Shown here in pieces: positions 17,816-25,144 of a DNA stretch of 32,000 nucleotides; the first letter of the stretch is position 1; every line of letters starts with the position of its first letter. Below the pieces are notes generated by a model, which had not been told where the DNA came from, ran no database searches, and saw only the letters and a program-made list of their open reading frames with translations. Source of the stretch: Nostoc sp. PCC 7120 = FACHB-418. Lineage in GTDB: Bacteria; Cyanobacteriota; Cyanobacteriia; Cyanobacteriales; Nostocaceae. The translations under genes were made by a program, and so were the position numbers. The stretch is taken from positions 4,080,001 to 4,112,000 of the forward strand of contig NC_003272.1 in NCBI RefSeq assembly GCF_000009705.1, read 5' to 3'.

Positions 17816-18007
17816 TCAGGCTGGTGGGAGATTGTCGGGGTCAACACCGAGACTACGCAAATAAGCTGCTAACTGTTCTACACGTTGGCGTTTTTGTTCT
17901 AACAGTAATTCAGCTTGTTCTGCCCGTTGATTTAATTCAACCGAGCTTAAGAATCTTTGCCCATCTGGTCGGTAAATTATGCGTAACTTACAAACACCTG
18001 AGTATAA
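17816..18007 (-). pseudogene. Start-less remnant of the C-terminal tail of a Uma2/DUF820-type endonuclease
   Basis: 63-codon open frame between TGA (18010-18008) and TGA (17818-17816) with no ATG/GTG/TTG start. It translates to ...KLRIIYRPDGQRFLSSVELNQRAEQAELLLEQKRQRVEQLAAYLRSLGVDPDNLPPA, the coiled tail that ends many cyanobacterial Uma2-family proteins. Confidence 0.45.
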
Positions 18008-18039
18008 TCAGGGTGTGTTGAAATTTGTAACAAATATTT

Positions 18040-18297
18040 ATGCCTCCTCGTTGGCCTCGCAAACCCGATCGCAAAGACCCAGAATTTCGCAAGTTAGATG
18101 ACAGGATGAATTTTGCTGTCCATGTAGCTGTTGCAGCGACGATTAACTCTGGTTTATGGTTTTTCCAAAACATCACCTTAGCTAAATGGGAATGGCTACC
18201 ATTGCTAACGGCTGGTTGGGTGATTGTATTGTTAGCGCATCTAATTTATATTGTGGCGATCGCTAACTATTCACCTACACCACCTAAATCCACCTGA
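18040..18297 (+). CDS. Small membrane protein with a 2TM-domain-like pattern
   Basis: 85 aa with a basic N-terminus and two hydrophobic helices (FAVHVAVAATINSGLWFF; LPLLTAGWVIVLLAHLIYIVAI). Confidence 0.6.
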   Translation: MPPRWPRKPDRKDPEFRKLDDRMNFAVHVAVAATINSGLWFFQNITLAKWEWLPLLTAGWVIVLLAHLIYIVAIANYSPTPPKST

Positions 18298-18416
18298 AGA
18301 CGGACTGCTAAAGCTAGGGCAATTGTAACCTGTGGCTGTACATTCACCCGTTGAATTGCGCGATAATGATTATTAGCCTGAGAGTTCGCGCTCTTTTTTT
18401 ATATGGGGTGATTTTT

Positions 18417-18725
18417 ATGGCTAAGACTAATACTACAGAATTGCTAGAGGCCCTAGCGGCGGAAATTGGCGAAAGCGTTTATATAGATATTGCTAAATGG
18501 CATCTATATTTAGCTGATGCCAAACTACATACTGTTGTCGCTGAACAGTTATATCCCTTAATTACTTCCAACTCAGTTCATGAAGACAGAGTGATCAAAG
18601 TACTAGAATCCATTCCTGTAAAAATTGGCGGTGGTAGGCGAGAACTGCCTTTGATTGACTTATTACCACTGCAATGTCAGGTAAGTCTGGTGGATATTTT
18701 AGAAAAATATCAACGCGAAATATAA
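18417..18725 (+). CDS. Conserved-looking hypothetical protein (102 aa)
   Basis: ATG 18417 is preferred over the TTG 18351 of the ORF track. It starts MAKTNTTELLEALAAEIGESVYIDIAKWHLYL. A hairpin plus T-run at 18358-18401 separates it from the upstream gene. Confidence 0.6.
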   Translation: MAKTNTTELLEALAAEIGESVYIDIAKWHLYLADAKLHTVVAEQLYPLITSNSVHEDRVIKVLESIPVKIGGGRRELPLIDLLPLQCQVSLVDILEKYQREI

Positions 18726-18789
18726 TTCTTTAATTCAGATTATCGCAGCATTTCACTTTTTACACCCCTTAATTGAGGAGGTGAAATCT

Positions 18790-19008
18790 ATGGCTGCTTA
18801 TGAATTTCACGATGAATATACTCTGGCTGAAACAGCAGACAAATTGGGTAAAAAAGCTTTGCAGCTAAATTTAATACCCAGCTTTGTTGTGCGTTATTTT
18901 GCCGATAGCAGACAATATTATATTCCTGATGAAATAAAATCTGAATCTCTAACACCAGAAGAAGCATATATGCGCTTTAGGAAATTATTAGAAGATTCTG
19001 GTAATTAA
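18790..19008 (+). CDS. Hypothetical small protein (72 aa)
   Basis: A strong SD, GAGGAGG (18775-18781), lies 8 nt before ATG 18790. The ORF track starts at the in-frame GTG 18781. Confidence 0.55.
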   Translation: MAAYEFHDEYTLAETADKLGKKALQLNLIPSFVVRYFADSRQYYIPDEIKSESLTPEEAYMRFRKLLEDSGN

Positions 19009-19047
19009 GCTTTTCCCGATTAAATAGTTAATAGTGAGGATACTGGT

Positions 19048-19266
19048 ATGCTTTTACAAACAAAAGACACTAGCGATTTAGTGAAAGTTGTTGATATTCA
19101 AGAGTTGATTGACCCAAATATTGACATTGTTCATGGGCAGGATCAGGAAGGTCAAGAAGAACAAGATACGGATTCTTTCAAAAAAGAAAATCTCGTGTTT
19201 CCTTCCGGCGAAAGTCTTCCTCGTTGTTGGTTAGATGCCAATTACCGGACAGCTAAGGCTTCTTAA
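19048..19266 (+). CDS. Hypothetical small acidic protein (72 aa)
   Basis: ATG-started ORF. The C-terminal block LVFPSGESLPRCWLDANYR looks conserved among cyanobacteria from memory. No function known. Confidence 0.55.
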   Translation: MLLQTKDTSDLVKVVDIQELIDPNIDIVHGQDQEGQEEQDTDSFKKENLVFPSGESLPRCWLDANYRTAKAS

Positions 19267-19280
19267 TTTTTTTGATAAAA

Positions 19281-19313
19281 ATATCCCCGGCTTTTTAGAA
19301 GAGTCGGGGATAT
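19281..19313. terminator. Hairpin terminator between convergent genes
   Basis: ATATCCCCG (19281-19289) pairs with CGGGGATAT (19305-19313). An A/T-run flanks it on the left, which gives a U-run for the minus-strand gene. Confidence 0.55.
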
Positions 19314-19344
19314 TTGGCTATTAAGGGGGTAATTAACTCTCTAT

Positions 19345-19815
19345 TTAGGAAGCAGCTTGTTCTGGTGATTTAGCGGTATCGCTACTTGATAATTTGGGAG
19401 AAATTGCTTTAGTAATCCAATAAGTAAAAATATGGGATAAAACTCCCAAAGGCCCAGCAAATAAACAAAGTGTGAGGGAATGAATTGTCCAAATTCCCGT
19501 TTTCTGCCCTTCCCAATATATCCAGCGACCGACAAATAAATCCATCACTAAAAAATGAATCCAACCAGTTGCGGCTGCTGTTTCGTCAGCAAAGAAACGA
19601 GCGATATCTGCTAATTGGGGATTAGATAAAGCTTGGGCATTTTCTGGAGTAATGCTGGTGATAAATAGATATAGATAGGCTCCAGCTAAGGGCAAAAAGA
19701 TTAGATATGATTCCATTACTCGCCGTGTGACTTTCCAGTTGGGGAGAAGAATCATTAACGCCCAAAATGGTAAGACGAAAACATTAGCGATGTTAAATAG
19801 TTGAGTGATGTTCAT
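19345..19815 (-). CDS. Integral membrane protein, DUF4281/ABA4-like pattern
   Basis: 156 aa with 4 hydrophobic helices. The N-terminus LFNIANVFVLPFWALMILLPNWKVT resembles the ABA4-like family as I remember it. Confidence 0.65.
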   Translation of the reverse strand: MNITQLFNIANVFVLPFWALMILLPNWKVTRRVMESYLIFLPLAGAYLYLFITSITPENAQALSNPQLADIARFFADETAAATGWIHFLVMDLFVGRWIYWEGQKTGIWTIHSLTLCLFAGPLGVLSHIFTYWITKAISPKLSSSDTAKSPEQAAS

Positions 19816-19818
19816 TAT

Positions 19819-19860
19819 GGGAATGGGGAATGGGGATTAGGTAATGGGTAATGGGTAATA
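19819..19860. repeat. STRR-type heptamer array (GGGAATG x2, GGGATTA, GGTAATG x2, GGTAATA)
   Basis: Six consecutive 7-nt units read directly. The downstream ATTACC (about 19873) can pair with GGTAAT units. Confidence 0.75.
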
Positions 19861-19891
19861 CTCGATCACCAATTACCAATTTGTTGATAAA

Positions 19892-20932
19892 TTACAAAGC
19901 TACCAATTGTGATTCTATTTCTGTTGAGTTTAAATCACGACCGATGAAAACTAAACGAGTTTGTCTGGCTTCTTGTGGTTGCCAGGGGCGGTCATAAAAT
20001 TTATCAAATCTGTTACCTACCCCTTGCATGACTAGGCGCATGGGTTTGTTGGGAACGGCGACAAAGCCTTTAATGCGGTAGATTTCTTGTTGATTTGTGA
20101 GTGTTTGCAGTTGTTGTTGCAGTTTTTCTGGGTCAAAGTCCCGGTCTAAAATGAGGTGAGTTGAGGTGATATCGTCGTCGTGGTCGTGGTCTTCTTCGGT
20201 GTCGTGATGGCTGGGGCGACTATCTAGGTTGTCTTCCACGGCAGCTTGGAATCCTAATAGTATAGATGGGTCGAGTTGACCGCGATCGCTCTCCACCATT
20301 TTCACTACTCTGGGGAGTTCTTGCTTGACTAATTCCTCGACTTGTGATTTTGTTGCAGCATCAACTAAATCAGTTTTGCTTAAAACTACCAAATCTGCAC
20401 AAGCTAGCTGGTCTTCAAACAATTCTTGCAATGGTGTTTCGTGTTCTAGACTATCATCAGCTTGGCGTTGGATGGCGATCGCTTCTAAATCACTGGCAAA
20501 TGTTCCTGATGCAACAGCCGCACAATCTACCACTGTGACAACTGCATCCACGGTTGCAGCATTGCGGATTTCTTGCCAGCGAAAAGCTTTTACCAATGGT
20601 TTGGGTAAGGCTAAACCAGAGGTTTCAATGACAATACAATCAATGCTATCTCTTCGTTTGAGTAATTCCTGCATCGTCGGCAAAAACTCTTCTTGGACAG
20701 TACAGCATAGACAGCCATTAGTTAATTCAAAAATATTGCTCCCGCCGTCCTCATCTTCGGGACAAACTTGACAGGATTTTAACAAGTCGCCATCTATACC
20801 TAGTTCGCCAAACTCGTTGACTAAAACTGCTATGCGGCGGCCGGCGTTATTTTGCAGTAGGTGGCGAATGAGGCTGGTTTTACCACTACCTAAAAAGCCT
20901 GTAATTACGGTGACGGGAATTTTTTGAGCCAT
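19892..20932 (-). CDS. COG0523 / CobW-family metal-chaperone GTPase
   Basis: Walker A GFLGSGKTS, CXCC metal motif GCLCCT, switch region ETSGLA, SKTD, and a His/Asp-rich insert SHHDTEEDHDHDDD (nt 20171-20212). Confidence 0.92.
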   Translation of the reverse strand: MAQKIPVTVITGFLGSGKTSLIRHLLQNNAGRRIAVLVNEFGELGIDGDLLKSCQVCPEDEDGGSNIFELTNGCLCCTVQEEFLPTMQELLKRRDSIDCIVIETSGLALPKPLVKAFRWQEIRNAATVDAVVTVVDCAAVASGTFASDLEAIAIQRQADDSLEHETPLQELFEDQLACADLVVLSKTDLVDAATKSQVEELVKQELPRVVKMVESDRGQLDPSILLGFQAAVEDNLDSRPSHHDTEEDHDHDDDITSTHLILDRDFDPEKLQQQLQTLTNQQEIYRIKGFVAVPNKPMRLVMQGVGNRFDKFYDRPWQPQEARQTRLVFIGRDLNSTEIESQLVAL

Positions 20933-21167
20933 TATTTCAGTAAATCAACAAAATCAAGAGAGTAAGAAATGACAGTAATTCGTAATTAATAAATCTAGAT
21001 TGTATTTGTATTATCTGCTATTCGGGCAAGGCTTCTGAGCTAAACGTGCCAAATTCTTCCTGAAGATAACCTCATAAGTACCCAGGGAAAGATGTCATTA
21101 CTAGGAAAATCAGTATCAAATATATCAGGGGATGAATCGGCATCTTCCTAGAAGGGAGAATGGAGAA

Positions 21168-22076
21168 ATGAACTTAAAAGCGATTTGGCAACTTTTCCAA
21201 GAGGCGTTTCAAGAGTGGAATGATGATAAAGCCTCACGTTTAGCGGCTGCATTAGCTTACTATACGGTGTTTTCTATCGCACCTTTGTTGATTATTGTGA
21301 TTGCGATCGCTGGTGCAGTATTTGGGGAAGAAGCTGCTAGGGGCGAAATTGTGCAGCAAATTCAAGGTTTAGTAGGTAGAGATGGGGCAGAATTTATTGA
21401 AACTGCTATTCAAAATGTAGATAGGCCAAAGACAGGTACGATAGCTTCTCTTATTAGTATTGCCCTTTTACTATTGGGTGCAACTGGTGTTTTTATCGAG
21501 TTACAGGACTCCCTCAACACCATTTGGGAAGTACAACCAAAACCAGGACGCGGTGTCAAAAACATTTTTCGTCAACGTTTTTTATCTTTTGGCATGGTTT
21601 TAGGTATTGGCTTTTTACTGTTAGTTTCTCTAGTAATTAGTACGGTATTATCAACGCTGGTTAATTATTTTGGTGGTTTACTACCGGGTGTAGATTTCCT
21701 TTGGCAATTGGTTAACTTTATTATTTCTTTTGCCATTACTACGTTACTGTTTGCATTAATTTTCAAGGTTTTGCCAGATGTCAGAATTACTTGGAATGAT
21801 GTTTTAGTTGGCGCAATTCTTACCTCAATTTTATTTTCCATTGGTAGATTTCTATTAGGACAATATTTAGGTAATGCTGGTTTTGGTTCAGCCTATGGCG
21901 CGGCTGGTTCTGTGGTATTAATCTTGGCTTGGGTTTACTATACTGCCCAGATTCTCTTTTTCGGCGCTGAGTTTACCCAGGTTTATGCAAGAAAATATGG
22001 TAGACGCATTGTTCCAACTCGTCACGCTATGCCTTTAAATGATACGAATTCTGGAAATCGGCATTATAGACGGTAG
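21168..22076 (+). CDS. YihY/BrkB-family membrane protein
   Basis: FQEWNDDKASRLAAALAYYTVFSIAPLL, multiple TM helices, and the WVYYTAQILFFGAEF block. ATG 21168, preceded by GGGAG, is preferred over ATG 21132. Confidence 0.85.
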   Translation: MNLKAIWQLFQEAFQEWNDDKASRLAAALAYYTVFSIAPLLIIVIAIAGAVFGEEAARGEIVQQIQGLVGRDGAEFIETAIQNVDRPKTGTIASLISIALLLLGATGVFIELQDSLNTIWEVQPKPGRGVKNIFRQRFLSFGMVLGIGFLLLVSLVISTVLSTLVNYFGGLLPGVDFLWQLVNFIISFAITTLLFALIFKVLPDVRITWNDVLVGAILTSILFSIGRFLLGQYLGNAGFGSAYGAAGSVVLILAWVYYTAQILFFGAEFTQVYARKYGRRIVPTRHAMPLNDTNSGNRHYRR

Positions 22077-22123
22077 GGCATGGGAAAGATAGGGGAGTCA
22101 ATAATTAAAAATTACGAATTATT

Positions 22124-22639
22124 ATGAATTGGTTTTCTATAAATTGGCACGCAATTTTTGTACCTAGTATCAGTATTTTAGAGCTTGTAATCCGGGGATC
22201 ATTAGTTTATTTAGCTCTTTTTTCTGTGCTACGCTTGCTGCCTAGTAGACAGATGGGAACTTTAGGAATTACGGATTTGCTCGTAGTTGTGCTATTTGCT
22301 GAAGCTGCTCAAAATGCTATGGCAAGTAACTATACATCAATTACTGAAGGGGCAATTCTCGTCGGAACCGTAATTTTTTGGAGCTATTTTCTTAACTGGT
22401 TAGGCTATAAGCTTCCTATCGTTCAACGCTTCTTAAATCCACCACCATTACTGTTAGTAAAAAATGGTAAGACGATTGAACGGCATTTACAACGAGAATT
22501 AATCACAGAAGATGAGTTGAAAAGCAAGTTACGTCAGCAAGGTGTAGAATTCTTAGCCGATGTCAAGTTGGCGTATATGGAAGCTGACGGTAGCATCAGT
22601 ATTATTACATCGGAGTCAAAACTGGTGGCTAGGGAATAG
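22124..22639 (+). CDS. DUF421 (YetF-like) membrane protein
   Basis: 171 aa. Three N-terminal helices and GITDLLVVVLFAEAAQNAM, then a soluble C-terminal domain with LVKNGKTIERHLQRELITEDEL. Confidence 0.78.
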   Translation: MNWFSINWHAIFVPSISILELVIRGSLVYLALFSVLRLLPSRQMGTLGITDLLVVVLFAEAAQNAMASNYTSITEGAILVGTVIFWSYFLNWLGYKLPIVQRFLNPPPLLLVKNGKTIERHLQRELITEDELKSKLRQQGVEFLADVKLAYMEADGSISIITSESKLVARE

Positions 22640-22651
22640 GGAGTAGTAATT

Positions 22652-22700
22652 GTTGACTGTTAACAGTTAACGGTCAACTAACAACTAACAACTATCAACC
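22652..22700. repeat. STRR-like spacer: inverted repeat plus CAACTAA heptamers
   Basis: GTTGAC (22652-22657) pairs with GTCAAC (22673-22678) around the palindrome CTGTTAACAG. This is followed by CAACTAA, CAACTAA, CAACTAT, CAACC (22675-22700). Confidence 0.6.
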
Positions 22701-22741
22701 AAAGCGGGGTAAAATATGACAGTCGTATTCTGCCGCGAACG

Positions 22742-24037
22742 TTGATAGAGCGTTATACTCTGCCCGAAATGGGCAACCTGTGGACTGACTTTTATAAACT
22801 AAAAACCTGGCTTCAGGTGGAAATTGCAGTCTGTGAAGCCCAAGCGGAATTGGGTTATATTCCATCTGCTGCTGTTGAGGAAATCAAGGCTAAGGCAAAT
22901 TTTGATCCGCAACGGGTGTTGGAAATAGAGGCGGAAGTCCGTCACGATGTCATCGCCTTTTTGACTAATGTCAATGAGTATGTGGGTGATGCTGGACGTT
23001 ACATTCACTTGGGCTTAACTAGCTCTGATGTACTAGATACAGCTTTAGCTTTACAACTGGTTGCTAGTTTGGATGTGTTGGCGCAACGTCTGGAAGATTT
23101 GATTCAGGTGATTCGCCAAAAGGCACGGGAACACCGGTATACGGTAATGGCTGGCCGATCGCATGGTATTCACGCTGAACCAATCACTTTTGGGTTTAAA
23201 CTGGCTGGTTGGTTGGCGGAAGTGTTACGCCACCAACAACGGCTGACAATTTTGCGGGAAACGATCGCCGTGGGTAAGATTTCTGGCGCGGTGGGTACCT
23301 ATGCCAATATTGAACCACGGGTGGAGGCGATCGCTTGTCAAAAACTCGGACTCAAACCCGATACAGCTTCTACACAAGTCATTTCCCGCGATATTCATGC
23401 TGATTTTGTGCAGCAATTAGCCCTCATCGCTGCTTCTATTGAACGCTTTGCTGTAGAAATTCGCAATCTACAAAAAACAGACGTTCTGGAAGTAGAGGAA
23501 TTTTTCTCGAAGGGACAGAAAGGCTCTAGTGCAATGCCACACAAACGCAATCCCATCCGTTCGGAACGGCTGACGGGGATGGCGCGGTTAGTGAGGAGTC
23601 ATGCCGGCGCAGCTTTAGAAGATGTCGCTTTGTGGCACGAACGGGACATTTCCCATAGTTCTGTGGAACGAGTGGTTCTGCCAGATGCCTGCATTTTGAC
23701 CCATTTCATGCTGATAGAAATCACTAATTTGGTGGAAAATCTGTTAGTTTACCCAGAAAACATGACGCGGAATCTCAACTGCTATGGTGGCGTTGTATTC
23801 AGCCAAAAAGTTTTACTGGCATTGGTAGATAAGGGACTCAGCCGGGAAGAAGCCTATGCGATCGTGCAGCAAAATGCTCATACGGCATGGAATAAGCCGG
23901 AAGGCAATTTCCACGACTTGATCATTAACGATCCTCGTGTCACTCAACATTTGTCGCCCGTAGAAATTGCCGTGTGTTTTGACCCACAGCAACATCTCAA
24001 GCATTTGGATGAGGTTTATCATAGGTTGGATATTTAG
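22742..24037 (+). CDS. purB: Adenylosuccinate lyase
   Basis: 431 aa with a TTG start. It has the fumarate-lyase signature GSSAMPHKRNP, and an N-terminus IERYTLPEMGNLW typical of PurB. Confidence 0.95.
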   Translation: MIERYTLPEMGNLWTDFYKLKTWLQVEIAVCEAQAELGYIPSAAVEEIKAKANFDPQRVLEIEAEVRHDVIAFLTNVNEYVGDAGRYIHLGLTSSDVLDTALALQLVASLDVLAQRLEDLIQVIRQKAREHRYTVMAGRSHGIHAEPITFGFKLAGWLAEVLRHQQRLTILRETIAVGKISGAVGTYANIEPRVEAIACQKLGLKPDTASTQVISRDIHADFVQQLALIAASIERFAVEIRNLQKTDVLEVEEFFSKGQKGSSAMPHKRNPIRSERLTGMARLVRSHAGAALEDVALWHERDISHSSVERVVLPDACILTHFMLIEITNLVENLLVYPENMTRNLNCYGGVVFSQKVLLALVDKGLSREEAYAIVQQNAHTAWNKPEGNFHDLIINDPRVTQHLSPVEIAVCFDPQQHLKHLDEVYHRLDI

Positions 24038-24038
24038 A

Positions 24039-24059
24039 ATTGGGGATTGGGGACTGGAG
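24039..24059. repeat. Short STRR-type heptamer run (ATTGGGG x2, ACTGGAG)
   Basis: Read directly after the purB stop. It is followed by the hairpin GGAGGAA...TTCCTCC (about 24056-24083). Confidence 0.5.
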
Positions 24060-24125
24060 GAAAATTTTTCTCTAAGTTCCTCCCCCTGCGACCAACTTCT
24101 GAAGATATATTTATCACTCAAATCA

Positions 24126-24581
24126 TTAACTATTTTCTAATCTCTTAAAAATATTTAAAACCGCAAAAGTTATGATGGCTCCTACTAAACTTAATTGCCA
24201 TAAACCACAACCAGCAGCAATTCCCAACCCAGAGGAAACCCAGATAGCCGCAGCCGAGGTAAGTCCATGAATTTCTAGACGTTGTGATTGTTGTGAAGAT
24301 TCACGGACAATTTCACCAGCACCGAGAAATCCCACACCAGCCGCAATACCTTGAATTACTCGGCTAACCACTTCTGGATGTGATTGTATAGAGATAATTT
24401 GTAAAGGTATAACAACAAATATGGCAGACCCAAAGCTAACTAACATATGAGTTCTCAAGCCTGCTGGTTTACGCCGTAGTTCTCTTTCTATGCCGATAAT
24501 AGCTCCAATAAGTAAAGCTAAGAAAAGCCGAAAGATCAGCTTGAAAAAATCGTCTGGTTCCAGGTAGTAGTTATCTAGCAA
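24126..24581 (-). CDS. mgtC: MgtC/SapB-family membrane protein
   Basis: 151 aa with LALLIGAIIGIERELRRKPAGLRTHMLVSFGSAIF and 4-5 TM helices. It has only a TTG start. Confidence 0.85.
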   Translation of the reverse strand: MLDNYYLEPDDFFKLIFRLFLALLIGAIIGIERELRRKPAGLRTHMLVSFGSAIFVVIPLQIISIQSHPEVVSRVIQGIAAGVGFLGAGEIVRESSQQSQRLEIHGLTSAAAIWVSSGLGIAAGCGLWQLSLVGAIITFAVLNIFKRLENS

Positions 24582-24921
24582 TTTTATCTCTGATATAAGA
24601 AAACATACTCTATGTCTTGTATAACTTATATCTATAAATCTTGAAAAAGATTCTATTTATATTGTATATTTTTTATTTAAAAATTTATATTTCTACATTA
24701 ATTCAACATTAACTATACTCTAAAGTAATTTTTTCAATAGGAAAAAATAGCGATTTTACTATTATTAATCTCTAGATAATCTAATTTTTGCAGGGATAGA
24801 TAGAATTTTAGTAATAATTTATGGCAATATTGATAATCTCAGCTAACGTATGGTGAAGCTTGATTATTCAGTGATTTTTTATAGATAATTTGAAGTTAGG
24901 GAACACCAAAAAATAAATTAT

Positions 24922-24999
24922 CTGAAATTGATGGTTTGCTATGGTGCATCAGTATAAATAATTTCTGAGTATATTTAGATTCTGTCGTGCTGACGCACC
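24922..24999 (-). repeat. Dispersed palindromic repeat, copy B (core 24943-24999, inverted relative to copy A)
   Basis: The reverse complement of 24943-24999 aligns with 304-360 at 49/57 positions, including the identical 20-mer CTAAATATACTCAGAAATTA. The flank 24922-24942 resembles 361-380. Confidence 0.75.
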
Positions 25000-25144
25000 A
25001 TACATTTTGGGTATTTTTTTTATCTGGAAGTCCCTTAATCATCAAAAAATACTTATGAAGGAGGCAATTAACAAAGGGGATAGTGCAACTACTAACCACA
25101 AATATAAAAACTTCTCCTGGCAAACTGACAATCAAAAAAATTGA

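Noticed and set aside
17824-18176. ORFs 17824-18021 (+) and 17988-18176 (-).
   Set aside because: The first is antisense to the Uma2-tail remnant, which gives a far more meaningful translation. The second overlaps the 2TM gene and has no recognisable features.
19819-19860. Tandem repeats that could be mistaken for a CRISPR or other guide array (also at 3994-4014, 22675-22700 and 31487-31556).
   Set aside because: The units are 7 nt with no spacers, which is classical cyanobacterial STRR. No cas genes are in the window.
20325-20771. 148-aa plus-strand ORF inside the COG0523 gene.
   Set aside because: It is a Ser/Thr/Ala-rich shadow frame of a gene with clear GTPase motifs.
20960-21000. Zur-box-like AT-rich sequence AATGACAGTAATTCGTAATTA upstream of the COG0523 gene.
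   Set aside because: It has only a 5-bp inverted repeat (TAATT/AATTA) and poor agreement with the Fur-family 7-1-7 palindrome. It is not distinguishable from background AT-rich DNA by eye.
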